Notes: generated by a model not told the origin, from the letters alone. A stretch of DNA of 24,754 nt from a bacterium (GCA_046484135.1 JAWOBU010000151.1:1-24754); one strand, 5' to 3'; shown: positions 1 to 8,230, counted from the stretch's first letter. Translations and numbers: made by a program.

Positions 1-160
1 TGAAGTTCCCCCGTTTTTTATGACCGGTCATTCCCTCCATCAGCGTCTCCGGCAAGCAGGGCGTTTGTCTTAAGTTTCCAATCGGCCAAATACAACTCTT
101 CCTTGTCAAATGGAGCACACCACTCAGCCATCAGGACAGCCCACTCTACTCGGCAGCCAT

Positions 161-188
161 GATAGCCCACACAACTTGTTGTGTGGGC
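161..188 (+). repeat. REP-like hairpin, family A (GATAG-CCCACACAAC-TT-GTTGTGTGGG)
   Basis: Perfect 11-bp stem 165-175/178-188 preceded by a GATA leader; degenerate direct copy at 135-149 (GACAGCCCACTCTAC). Confidence 0.8.
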
Positions 189-719
189 AGACTCACGAAG
201 TGGGTCTGCAGGTACATTGTAAAAGAGGCTCCTGATGAAAATCTGTGGATGAAGTAGACTTCTCAGTAACCAAATATCTTGACAACATGAGCTTTCAACA
301 AGTCGGGACACCAATCCCCCGGCCCCCCAGGGATTTTGGAGGCATGGCTCCGGTGGCCCATTAGTATTGACATTGTTACTTCTGATTATAAAGGCTGTTT
401 TGCGTTTTCCGCATTCTCGGCTGCCGGCGGGGGAGGCCGGTTCCGGTCTTTTCCCTATTCCCGCTGGAAGCCCTGAAAGCGATAAACGCATCTTTTTCTG
501 CCCACCCACACTAAAATACGTAGAACCTTTAATGCTATGGGCCACCGGAGTAATGCCTGAAAAAATCCAAGGATGCAGGGAGGCAACAGCTTATATTCCA
601 CCCACAGATTCTTGCGAGCCCCCGTAAAAGATGTTTGCCGCGCCCCTCCGCCATCAAACCATCCGGCCTTCTTCGTGTACTTTACCACCCGAAGCGGGTT
701 CTCCCATGATCTTCAATCA

Positions 720-746
720 CCCACACAACAAGTTGTGTGGGCCATC
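720..746 (-). repeat. REP-like hairpin, family A (inverted copy)
   Basis: CCCACACAAC-AA-GTTGTGTGGG-CCATC is the reverse complement of 161-187 with one mismatch; half-copies follow at 755-769 and 822-833. Confidence 0.8.
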
Positions 747-787
747 GTCCGGGAGTTGTGCGGGCCATCTTGCGGGGGTGTGTGTGA

Positions 788-810
788 TCGCGACTAAAGT
801 CGCTCGCACA
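788..810 (-). repeat. REP-like hairpin, family B (minus strand TGTGCGAGCGACTTTAGTCGCGA)
   Basis: Internal stem GCGACT-AA-AGTCGC; 21/23 identical to 3129-3151 and similar to the arms of 10531-10583. Confidence 0.75.
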
Positions 811-1014
811 GCGCAGATGGGGTCGTGTGGGCCTGCTTGCGGAAAGGAATCATGCCCTACACCAAAATCCGCGGCTCATGCACGCCTCGGCAGCTTTTGC
901 GTTTTTCCATTTTCACTTTGGCCCCGAGGCATCTGTGCGTTTTCAAACAGAACGAGAAAGTTTAACGAAAAATTATGGGGGAACTCCACGAAATAAGCGA
1001 TGATACCCAAACTT

Positions 1015-1043
1015 TTGCCGAGGCGGGGGCCGGTTGTTATTAT
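1015..1043 (+). promoter_or_regulatory. Putative sigma70 promoter of the FGE-domain/apbE genes
   Basis: TTGCCG (1015-1020), 17 bp, TATTAT (1038-1043) with extended -10 TG at 1035-1036; SD GGAGG at 1090-1094. Confidence 0.5.
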
Positions 1044-1100
1044 AAGAGAAGAGCGGTATTTTCCACAGGCACTCTTGTTTGATTTCACCGGAGGACGGGC

Positions 1101-1961
1101 ATGGGAAAGAGGTTCTTAAGTTACGGGGGTGTACTCGCCGCGGTTGTTGCCGCGGTCCTGGCTTTCTTCTTGCTTCATTCGGCGATTGCGGAGGAGAAGC
1201 CGGAGAAAACATCAGCTTCGAATGAGGCGGCCGGGGACCTGCCGGCACGACTAATATGGAAACCGGACGGCGCTCTCATGGTCAAGGTGCCGGCAGGAGA
1301 GTTCACCATGGGAGCAACCAAAAACGCCAATGAAAAGCCTCCCCATAAAGTGAAGCTCGAAACCTTCTACATAGACCGCACCGAGGTCACCTTCAAAAGA
1401 TTCATCAAGTTCTGCAAAGAAACCGGCCGAAAGCTCCCGTTGGACGTGCTCCTGAGTGAGACCTTTCCCGAGGAGAGGCTTAGCCATCCCGTAGCCAACG
1501 TCACCTGGAAAGACGCCCGGGACTACTGCGAGTGGGCGCAAAAACGACTTCCTTCCGAGGCCGAGTGGGAGAAGGCATGCCGCGGTTCCCAAAACCTCGC
1601 CTACCCGTGGGGGAACGGCTGGAACCAAAGCGCCTGCACCAACCGGATCAACTCGAACGACCAGACCACGCCGGCGGGAGCCCGTAACTCCTGCAAAAGC
1701 CCGTGCGGGGCCATGGACATGGCCGGAAACGTATGGGAGTGGACCGCGGACTGGTACAAGTCCTATCGGGGAGCGCCCTTCAGCTTCGATTACACCGGCA
1801 AAAAAAGGGTGGCAAGAGGCGGGGCCTTTTTTTACAGCATTGACCTGTTGCGCTGCTCAAGCAGGCATCCCCTGCCCCCGGACGACTTCTCCGACCACGG
1901 AGGCTTCAGGTGCGCGGTCTCGCCCGGCAAAGATTTCCGCGAAAAAATCGAAAAGCCGTGA
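1101..1961 (+). CDS. Exported FGE-sulfatase (SUMF1/EgtB/PvdO-fold) domain protein
   Basis: N-terminal signal/TM segment; motifs VPAGEFTMG, PVANVTWKDA, KRLPSEAEWEKACRG, YPWG, DMAGNVWEW, RGGAF, GFRC; SD GGAGG. Confidence 0.9.
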   Translation: MGKRFLSYGGVLAAVVAAVLAFFLLHSAIAEEKPEKTSASNEAAGDLPARLIWKPDGALMVKVPAGEFTMGATKNANEKPPHKVKLETFYIDRTEVTFKRFIKFCKETGRKLPLDVLLSETFPEERLSHPVANVTWKDARDYCEWAQKRLPSEAEWEKACRGSQNLAYPWGNGWNQSACTNRINSNDQTTPAGARNSCKSPCGAMDMAGNVWEWTADWYKSYRGAPFSFDYTGKKRVARGGAFFYSIDLLRCSSRHPLPPDDFSDHGGFRCAVSPGKDFREKIEKP

Positions 1962-1980
1962 GCATCTTCTTAAAAAACAG

Positions 1981-3099
1981 ATGAATAAAGTATTCCTCCT
2001 AAAAACAAGAAAGGCGCTTCCAGTATGCATCCTCTTTTGCCTGTCACTTTCAAGCACGGCACTGCTCGAAGGTTGCGAAAGAAAAAGCGAAAGCTCCGCG
2101 TCAGATAAAGCGCAACACGCGGACATAAAAACTTCCGGAAAAGCCGCTCCTTCTTCCGCCGGCCGTTCGCACGAGATTGTGAAAGAAACAAGGCCCTTGA
2201 TGGGCACCATGGTCGAGATCACCGCGATCGGCCGCGACCGGGCCAGGGTCCGGGAGGCTGTAATTAAGGCGTTTGCCGAGATGAAGCGGATCGAGTCCCT
2301 CATGAGCCCCTACCGCAAAGGCTCGGACATACGAAGGATAAACCGTGCCGCCGGCAAAACACCGGTTAAAGTTGACGCCGAGGTCATTAAACTGCTGTCC
2401 CGTTCGCGAAAGGTGTCCGAAAAGAGCGGCGGCGCGTTCGACCTTACCGCGGCAGCCCTGGGCGGTATCTGGTCCTTTGACAAGAAGTCTCCGGAAATCC
2501 CTTCCGAGTCCGAAATCAAAAAGACGCTGAAAAAAGTGGGCTTTGATCTGCTTGTCCTTGATCGGGAAAAGGAGACAGCCCAACTTTCTTTGCCGGGCAT
2601 GCGCATTCACCCGGGAGGCATTGCCAAGGGATACGCCTGCGACCGGGCGGCGCGGTTACTGGCCGAGGAGGACGTATCCATGGCCATGGTGAACGCGGGC
2701 GGAGACATCCGGGTCCTGGGCCGGAAGATAAACCGTCCCTGGAAGGTCGGGCTACAAGACCCGAGGGACCCCCGCCGCATCATGGCCTGGATACCGGTAA
2801 AAAACGCGGCGGTAGCAACATCAGGCGACTATGAAAAGTTCTTTGTAAAAGATGGGAAACGATACTGCCATATAATGGACCCCGGTACCGGAAGGCCGGC
2901 CAACGTATGCAGGAGCGCAACCGTGATAACGGACGAGGCCTGGCTCGCAGACACCCTGGCCACTGCCGTGTTCGTACTGGGGCCGGAAGAGGGACTCGAG
3001 CTCGTTCACGAAATGGATGCCAAGGCCCTGGTGATTGACGCAGCCGGAGAGACTCATCTAAGCCCGGTCTTGAAAGGCAAGGTCCACTGGCTGCAATGA
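1981..3099 (+). CDS. apbE: FAD:protein FMN transferase, lipoprotein
   Basis: MGT, GAFDLT, GGIAKGYACD, VNAGGDI, ATSGDYE, HIMDPGTG, ADTLATA; lipobox-like LEGC. Start moved from ORF-track 1840 (inside the previous gene) to ATG 1981. Confidence 0.92.
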   Translation: MNKVFLLKTRKALPVCILFCLSLSSTALLEGCERKSESSASDKAQHADIKTSGKAAPSSAGRSHEIVKETRPLMGTMVEITAIGRDRARVREAVIKAFAEMKRIESLMSPYRKGSDIRRINRAAGKTPVKVDAEVIKLLSRSRKVSEKSGGAFDLTAAALGGIWSFDKKSPEIPSESEIKKTLKKVGFDLLVLDREKETAQLSLPGMRIHPGGIAKGYACDRAARLLAEEDVSMAMVNAGGDIRVLGRKINRPWKVGLQDPRDPRRIMAWIPVKNAAVATSGDYEKFFVKDGKRYCHIMDPGTGRPANVCRSATVITDEAWLADTLATAVFVLGPEEGLELVHEMDAKALVIDAAGETHLSPVLKGKVHWLQ

Positions 3100-3128
3100 G
3101 CTCTTTGCCGGCGGAGTATTAACCGATG

Positions 3129-3151
3129 TCGCGACTGAAGTCACTCGCACA
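3129..3151 (-). repeat. REP-like hairpin, family B
   Basis: TCGCGACTGAAGTCACTCGCACA, 21/23 identical to 788-810; lies 30 bp after the apbE stop. Confidence 0.75.
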
Positions 3152-3221
3152 TCAGACATTTCTTATATAGACGAGAAAAACACTTTGACGGAAAACGAGC
3201 GTGGCGCGGGGTGGGAGGCTC

Positions 3222-3230
3222 TGGTATAAT
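3222..3230 (+). promoter_or_regulatory. Extended -10 promoter element (TGnTATAAT)
   Basis: TGGTATAAT, consensus match, 7 nt upstream of ATG 3238. Confidence 0.6.
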
Positions 3231-3237
3231 CTCGGAC

Positions 3238-4062
3238 ATGAGCATGGTGGAAAGACTGAAAAGCTGGTTTCGCGGTGATGACCGGGAAGACCGGAACGAA
3301 GCCTCCGAGGAGCTGTGGAGCCCGGAGATGGGCAACGAGTACGAGTCTTTCTGGGACAACATGGCCAGCGATCGCGAACGGGCCTACCTGGCGGTGGCGG
3401 GAGAGCCGTATGGAGAACCTGCCACTGAAGAGACCCTGTCCGCCCACGGCAGGGACAGCGCCGACATAATCCGGCGGATGCTGTCCATAAACTCCGGCGA
3501 CCGGGTCCTCGAGGTCGGCGTGGGAGTAGGCCGCCTGGCCGAGCACCTGGCGGGCCACTGCCGGACCTTTACCGGGATAGACATCTCGAAAAACATGATA
3601 GATATCGCGAAAGAGAGGCTCAGGGGTTTTTCCAACGTGCGGCTCGAAAACCACAACAAAAGCGACCTGTCCCTGTTCAAAGACTCCGAGTTCGACAAGG
3701 TCATCTTCCAGGTGGTGCTGATTCACCTGGACCGGGAGGACGTTTTCAACTATCTGCGGGAGACCTGCCGGGTGCTCTCGACCGGGGGGGTCGGCTGGTT
3801 CCAGTTTTATAACCTTCTTCATCCCGGCGGCTTCCGGGAGTTCCGGTTTGCGGTGGACTACATGGTGGAGAAGGGAGTGAAGACGCGGGGGCGGGTGCAC
3901 TGCTACACTGCTCCGGAGGTCCGCTGTCTGGTGGAAGAGGCGGGCCTGCGTATCCGGGAGGACCTTTCCGCCCTGGAGATGGTCGAGCAGAACTTCAGCT
4001 TCCCGGTGCCGGACCGCGACTGGGAGCATTACCTGATCGCGATAGGCGAGAAGGATGGCTGA
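3238..4062 (+). CDS. Class I SAM-dependent methyltransferase
   Basis: Motif I VLEVGVGVGR, GIDISKNMI, FDKVI, RVLSTGG; start ATG 3238 (or 3244) preferred over GTG 3211. Confidence 0.88.
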   Translation: MSMVERLKSWFRGDDREDRNEASEELWSPEMGNEYESFWDNMASDRERAYLAVAGEPYGEPATEETLSAHGRDSADIIRRMLSINSGDRVLEVGVGVGRLAEHLAGHCRTFTGIDISKNMIDIAKERLRGFSNVRLENHNKSDLSLFKDSEFDKVIFQVVLIHLDREDVFNYLRETCRVLSTGGVGWFQFYNLLHPGGFREFRFAVDYMVEKGVKTRGRVHCYTAPEVRCLVEEAGLRIREDLSALEMVEQNFSFPVPDRDWEHYLIAIGEKDG

Positions 4063-5020
4063 TCCGCGGGCCACTGTTGTGATCCCGACCCTGAACGGTG
4101 GGACCCGGTTCAAACAATGCATCGAGGCGGTGGCTTCTCAGGAGCTCACCGGCGGGTTCGAGATACTGGTGATAGACTCCGGCTCAGAGGACGGCACTGC
4201 GGAGCTGGCAGAGAAGTACGGCCGGGTGGAGAGGATACATAAGTCGGAGTTCAATCACGGCGCCACCCGGAACCGGGCCGTGTCCATGTGCAAGGGGAAA
4301 TCGGTGGCCCTTCTGGTCCAGGACGCGGTGCCGCAAGGCAAGGACTGGCTCCGGCCGCTGGTGGAAGCAGTGGAAAGGCCGGAGGTCGCGGGCGCCTACA
4401 GCCGGCAGAGGGCCCAGCCGGACTGTCCGCCTTTTATAAAGGCCCGGCTGGACCGCTGGAGCGCCTCCCGCGCCGATTCGGAGGAGAAGCGACTCGAGGA
4501 CGAATCGGAGCTCATGGACCTGCCGGTACTGGAGAGGATTAGACTTTTGTCCTTTGATAATGTTAGCTCTTGTGTGGACAGGGAGGTGTGGTCAAAGATA
4601 CCTTTTCCACAGCGACGCTTCGGCGAAGATTCGGCGTGGGCAAAGCAGGCTTTGCTTGCCGGCTACGCCATTGTTTTCGAGCCGGCCTCCACGGTCGAGC
4701 ACTCCCATGACAACTCGCTCTGGTACGAGTTCAAAAGGGTGTACCTTGATCACCGGAACTGGCGGGAGCTCGCGGGCGGATGTCTTTTCAACAACCTGCT
4801 GGAGGTGTGGCAGGCCAGTTGGAACGGGGTCTTCGAGCGGTGGAACGAGCTTGGCGTACAAGGCGTAAAAGGCCGGCGCAAATGGTACTGGATGTTCTAC
4901 GCCATCCCTTACTCGTACAGCCAGAACTTGGCCCAGTACCTGGGCAGCCGCTCCATGAAGGCCGCGGCCCGGTTCGGCTGGTACCGGAAGCTGGACGATT
5001 TCCTGGCCAGGGGGGTTTGA
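4055..5020 (+). CDS. Glycosyltransferase family 2 (rhamnosyltransferase-like)
   Basis: VVIPTLNG, VIDSGSEDGT, FNHGATRN, VQDA, FGEDSAWA, VEHSH; overlaps the upstream gene by 8 bp. Confidence 0.9.
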   Translation: MADPRATVVIPTLNGGTRFKQCIEAVASQELTGGFEILVIDSGSEDGTAELAEKYGRVERIHKSEFNHGATRNRAVSMCKGKSVALLVQDAVPQGKDWLRPLVEAVERPEVAGAYSRQRAQPDCPPFIKARLDRWSASRADSEEKRLEDESELMDLPVLERIRLLSFDNVSSCVDREVWSKIPFPQRRFGEDSAWAKQALLAGYAIVFEPASTVEHSHDNSLWYEFKRVYLDHRNWRELAGGCLFNNLLEVWQASWNGVFERWNELGVQGVKGRRKWYWMFYAIPYSYSQNLAQYLGSRSMKAAARFGWYRKLDDFLARGV

Positions 5021-5021
5021 A

Positions 5022-6299
5022 ATTCGTATCGTTTACGTAACACAAGGGTATCCTCCCGAGCGGGTCGGGGGGGTCGAGGTATATCTTAAGGGCCTGGTAC
5101 ACGAACTCCAGAAAGACCACGAGGTCTTCGTGTTCAGCCGGGGACTTGCTGACTACCCTGCCGGCAAGGTGTACGAGTCCGATGACCGCGGCTCCCGCAT
5201 CACCCGGCTTTCAGTGGACCTGCGCGACATTGAGGGCTTCCGGGACATCTACATGCGGCCGTGGATTGACGAGCTGTTCGAGGACTACCTTAAAGAAGTC
5301 CGGCCCGATGTGGTCCACGTCCAGCACCTGGGCGGTTTGAGCCTGGGGATGGTCCGGACCGCCGCGGACAACGGCTTCCCCCTGGTCATGACCCTTTCCG
5401 ACCATCAGCCCTACTGCCCGCGCGGACAGCGCATCAGAAACGACAAGCGCGTATGCAAACAGATCAACCTGGACGAGTGCCTCGAATGCCTCATGCCCCA
5501 GACCGCGGGACTGTCCGGAAAGGCGGCCAAGCTGTCCGCATACCTGCTCGGCAAAAGCAGGGGAATCGAGCTCCTGAAAACAATGCACCAGGAGATAGCG
5601 GACAACTTCTCCTGCGTACATACTTTCATTATGCCCTCCGAGTTCCACCGGACCAAAATGGTGGAAGCAGGAGTGCCCGAAGAAAACTCTTGTGTAATAC
5701 CCTACGGCCTGGACCTGTCCCAACTCGACCGGGTCCCTCCCCGACCGCCGAATGCACCGGTGCGGCGTTTCGCTTACCTGGGGACTTTGATACCCTCGAA
5801 AGGAGTGGAGGACCTGATAAGCGCTTTCAAAAGAATGAAGACTCCGGACTGCTCTCTTCATATTTACGGGGAAGCGGTGCCTTATCACGGCATTACCGAC
5901 TATGACAAGAGGCTGGTCGAGATGGCCCGCAGCGCGGACATAAGCTTCTACGGTCCCTACCAGCCGGACGAGCTTCCGCGCGTCCTGGAAAGAATAGACG
6001 CCGTAGTCATGCCTTCCAAGTGGTACGAGTCCTACGGCATAACTATCCGCGAAGCCTTCCGCGCCCGCCGGCCGGTGATAGTCTCGGACATGGGCGCTTT
6101 TTCCGAAGCGGTCGAGCACGGCGGTAACGGCCTCAAGTTCCAGCCGGGCGACGTGTTCGAGCTTGCCGAGGTCATGGATAAGCTGGCCGGCAACCCGGAG
6201 CTGGCCGGGAACATAGCCTCGGTGGGTGGACCGGTTTTAAGCATACCCGAGCACGCCTCGAAAGTGCTCGAAATCTACCGGGAGGCCAAGGTATCCTAG
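5022..6299 (+). CDS. Glycosyltransferase family 4 (GT-B); start non-canonical or uncertain
   Basis: In-frame N-terminus (I)RIVYVTQGYPPERVGGVE upstream of the ORF-track start 5130; PDVVHVQH, YLGTLIPSKG, PSKWYESYGITIREA, PVIVSDMGAFSE. Confidence 0.88.
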   Translation: MRIVYVTQGYPPERVGGVEVYLKGLVHELQKDHEVFVFSRGLADYPAGKVYESDDRGSRITRLSVDLRDIEGFRDIYMRPWIDELFEDYLKEVRPDVVHVQHLGGLSLGMVRTAADNGFPLVMTLSDHQPYCPRGQRIRNDKRVCKQINLDECLECLMPQTAGLSGKAAKLSAYLLGKSRGIELLKTMHQEIADNFSCVHTFIMPSEFHRTKMVEAGVPEENSCVIPYGLDLSQLDRVPPRPPNAPVRRFAYLGTLIPSKGVEDLISAFKRMKTPDCSLHIYGEAVPYHGITDYDKRLVEMARSADISFYGPYQPDELPRVLERIDAVVMPSKWYESYGITIREAFRARRPVIVSDMGAFSEAVEHGGNGLKFQPGDVFELAEVMDKLAGNPELAGNIASVGGPVLSIPEHASKVLEIYREAKVS

Positions 6300-6300
6300 A

Positions 6301-7704
6301 ATGCGGGTCCTCCTGGTCCAGCCAGATAGGAAGCGAAGCACAAGCGAGGATGCTCCGGCATCTGGACTGCTTCCGGCTCGGTCCCTGGTCGAGCTCGGCG
6401 GAACTCTCGCCGACCATGGACACGAAGTCACCGTTCTCGATCCTTTGACCGCCCAGTCCCGGAACAAACAAGCCACACACGACATGACCGCGGCGCTCGC
6501 CGACCTGCTGTCGGAGCGAGAGTTCGACGCAGTGGGCATTGCCGTTTACACCCCCCTGCAGAAAGAAGCGCACGAGATGGCCCGCCTGGTAAAAGACCGC
6601 TCCCCCCACACCCCGGTCATACTGGGCGGACCGCATACCGCCCGCATGGCCGGGACCCTGCTGGACGAATGGCAAGAGATAGATTACGTGTGCCTGGGAG
6701 GAGCGGAAGAGACCCTGCCGGTCCTTTTACAAAACCTGGCCGAGGGCAGGGAATCCCGGCACGTCTCCGGCACTGCCTATCGGAAGAGCAACGGCCTCCG
6801 CCAGGTGGGAAAGCCGCTTCTGAACCTGAATGTCATGGACCTGCCCCAGGTCCGCTACGACCGCTACCTGGAAGAGCTTCAGGAAAAAAAAATTGAACGG
6901 GCTTACGTCATGACCGCTCGCGGTTGCGTGAACTGGTGTAACTTCTGCTCGAAAATATGGAAGAAGTTCCTGCCGGACCGGCCGGACAAGATAGCGGACG
7001 AGATCGAGCACCTGGTCAAGGACTGCGGCACCAAGCAGGTTATAATATATGATGACTGTTTCGGCAAGAGGGAAGACCACGCGCTGGCGATGCTGGAGGC
7101 CATAAAGCGCAAAGGGGTGGAGGTCGAGCTTCAGGCGGTGACCACCTTTGACTCCATCTCCCGCAGTTGGCTCAAGCCCTTTAAAGAAGCCGGCGGCCGC
7201 GACATACTGGTGGGGCTGGAGAGCGGGGCGGCACGGCTCCGGAAGAAGATGAACAAACACTTTACAGAGGAAGACGCCATAAGCGGGGTGCTTGCAGCAC
7301 GCACCGCGGGCCTGCGTTTGGGGTTGTACCTCATGTTCGGGTTTTACGCCCAGAACGAAGAGGACGTGGCCGAGACCTATCGGCTGGTGGACAAGATGGA
7401 CCCCGACCAGGTCATGAGCTCGGTCTACGACGTAAAGCCGGGAGACCTCCTTTTCGAGTTCGCGGTGACATCGGGGGACCTAAGGGTCAACCAGTGGAAG
7501 GATGAAAACGAACGACTGGTAAGTTACATGTCGGACGAGGAAAAGGAGAGGAACGCGGCCCGGGCCGCCTACTTCGACCGGCGGTTCACGCGGGAGGTCC
7601 TGGTGCCGGAGCACGAGCGGACAGCGGACATGCTGGAGATAAACAACGACCGGCTCGAGCAGCTTATAAAGCTGGAAAAAGAAAGGCTGGAAAGAGATGG
7701 CTGA
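6301..7704 (+). CDS. Cobalamin-binding radical SAM protein (class B methylase-like)
   Basis: N-terminal B12 domain with VILGGPHT; RGCVNWCNFC (CxxxCxxC); YDDCF; VGLESG; YLMFG. Confidence 0.9.
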   Translation: MRVLLVQPDRKRSTSEDAPASGLLPARSLVELGGTLADHGHEVTVLDPLTAQSRNKQATHDMTAALADLLSEREFDAVGIAVYTPLQKEAHEMARLVKDRSPHTPVILGGPHTARMAGTLLDEWQEIDYVCLGGAEETLPVLLQNLAEGRESRHVSGTAYRKSNGLRQVGKPLLNLNVMDLPQVRYDRYLEELQEKKIERAYVMTARGCVNWCNFCSKIWKKFLPDRPDKIADEIEHLVKDCGTKQVIIYDDCFGKREDHALAMLEAIKRKGVEVELQAVTTFDSISRSWLKPFKEAGGRDILVGLESGAARLRKKMNKHFTEEDAISGVLAARTAGLRLGLYLMFGFYAQNEEDVAETYRLVDKMDPDQVMSSVYDVKPGDLLFEFAVTSGDLRVNQWKDENERLVSYMSDEEKERNAARAAYFDRRFTREVLVPEHERTADMLEINNDRLEQLIKLEKERLERDG

Positions 7705-8230
7705 GATAAACCGCGGATGCCTCCAGGTCTACACCGGCAACGGCAAGGGCAAGACCACGGCGGCGCTCGGGCTATGCCTGCGTGCGGCCGGGCACGGCTA
7801 TCGTTCTCATATTATTCAGTTCATGAAGGGACAGATAGACTACGGCGAGTTAAAGGCGGTGAATTACCTGGAGGGGCTGATACGGATCACCCAGGGCGGC
7901 CGCTCCTGTTTTGTCCGCCGGGAGGACCCTGACCCGGTGGACGTGGACCTGGCCCGCAAAGCCCTGGAGCTGGCAGGAAAAGAGATAAAGGAACGGTCGG
8001 CGGACATCCTGGTGCTGGACGAGCTTTCCGTGGCCCTCGACTTCAAGCTGGTCGAGCTGGAAGACGTGATGGAGCTTATCAAATCCCGTCCCCATAGCAT
8101 GGAGCTCCTTATTACTGGAAGGGCCGCGCACCCCGAGGTGATCGAGGCCGCGGACCTGGTTACCGAGATGAAAGAGATCAAGCACTACTACCGGCAAGGA
8201 ATCGGCTGCCGGACCGGGATCGAGAACTGA
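7697..8230 (+). CDS. cobO: Cob(I)yrinic acid a,c-diamide / cob(I)alamin adenosyltransferase (CobA/CobO/BtuR type)
   Basis: VYTGNGKGKTTAALG, IQFMKG, LVLDE, ELLITGR, ADLVTEMKEIKHYY, GIE. Confidence 0.95.
   Translation: MAEINRGCLQVYTGNGKGKTTAALGLCLRAAGHGYRSHIIQFMKGQIDYGELKAVNYLEGLIRITQGGRSCFVRREDPDPVDVDLARKALELAGKEIKERSADILVLDELSVALDFKLVELEDVMELIKSRPHSMELLITGRAAHPEVIEAADLVTEMKEIKHYYRQGIGCRTGIEN

Larger units (their letters stand above)
161..746. repeat. Large nested imperfect inverted repeat (fold-back palindrome) with REP-like hairpins at both ends
   Basis: Collinear inverted pairs: 161-187/720-746, 240-256/594-610, 331-368/531-568 (14-bp perfect core CTCCGGTGGCCCAT, 348-361/537-550), 401-431/460-490 (24/31 ungapped), central hairpin GGCCGG-TT-CCGGTC at 435-448. 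Confidence 0.8.

Noticed and set aside
367..392. TTGACA...TATAAA promoter-like pair
   Set aside because: Spacer is only 14 bp and no gene follows; cannot be supported
125..842. Possible CRISPR array from the recurring GTTGTGTGGG motif
   Set aside because: Copies are inverted or partial and irregularly spaced, with no constant repeat-spacer period and no cas genes
18..1088. ORF-track ORFs in the first 1.1 kb (18-545 -, 367-627 +, 455-688 -, 573-797 +, 631-996 +, 876-1088 -)
   Set aside because: No recognisable motifs, atypical composition, and they run through palindromic repeats; treated as chance ORFs
1300..1320. FTMGAT in the FGE protein as an ApbE flavinylation site
   Set aside because: It is the ordinary F-x-M-G motif of the FGE fold and lacks the [S/T]GA[S/T] context
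3100..3237. Cobalamin riboswitch upstream of the B12-related operon
   Set aside because: No recognisable conserved B12-element core; the hairpin present is the family-B repeat
3163..4122. Long antisense ORFs (this one, also 5211-6119, 9555-10304, 14109-14942, 14824-15744, 18178-19020, 20182-21084, 21558-22511)
   Set aside because: Shadow frames opposite well-supported genes, expected with GC-rich codon usage; no motifs
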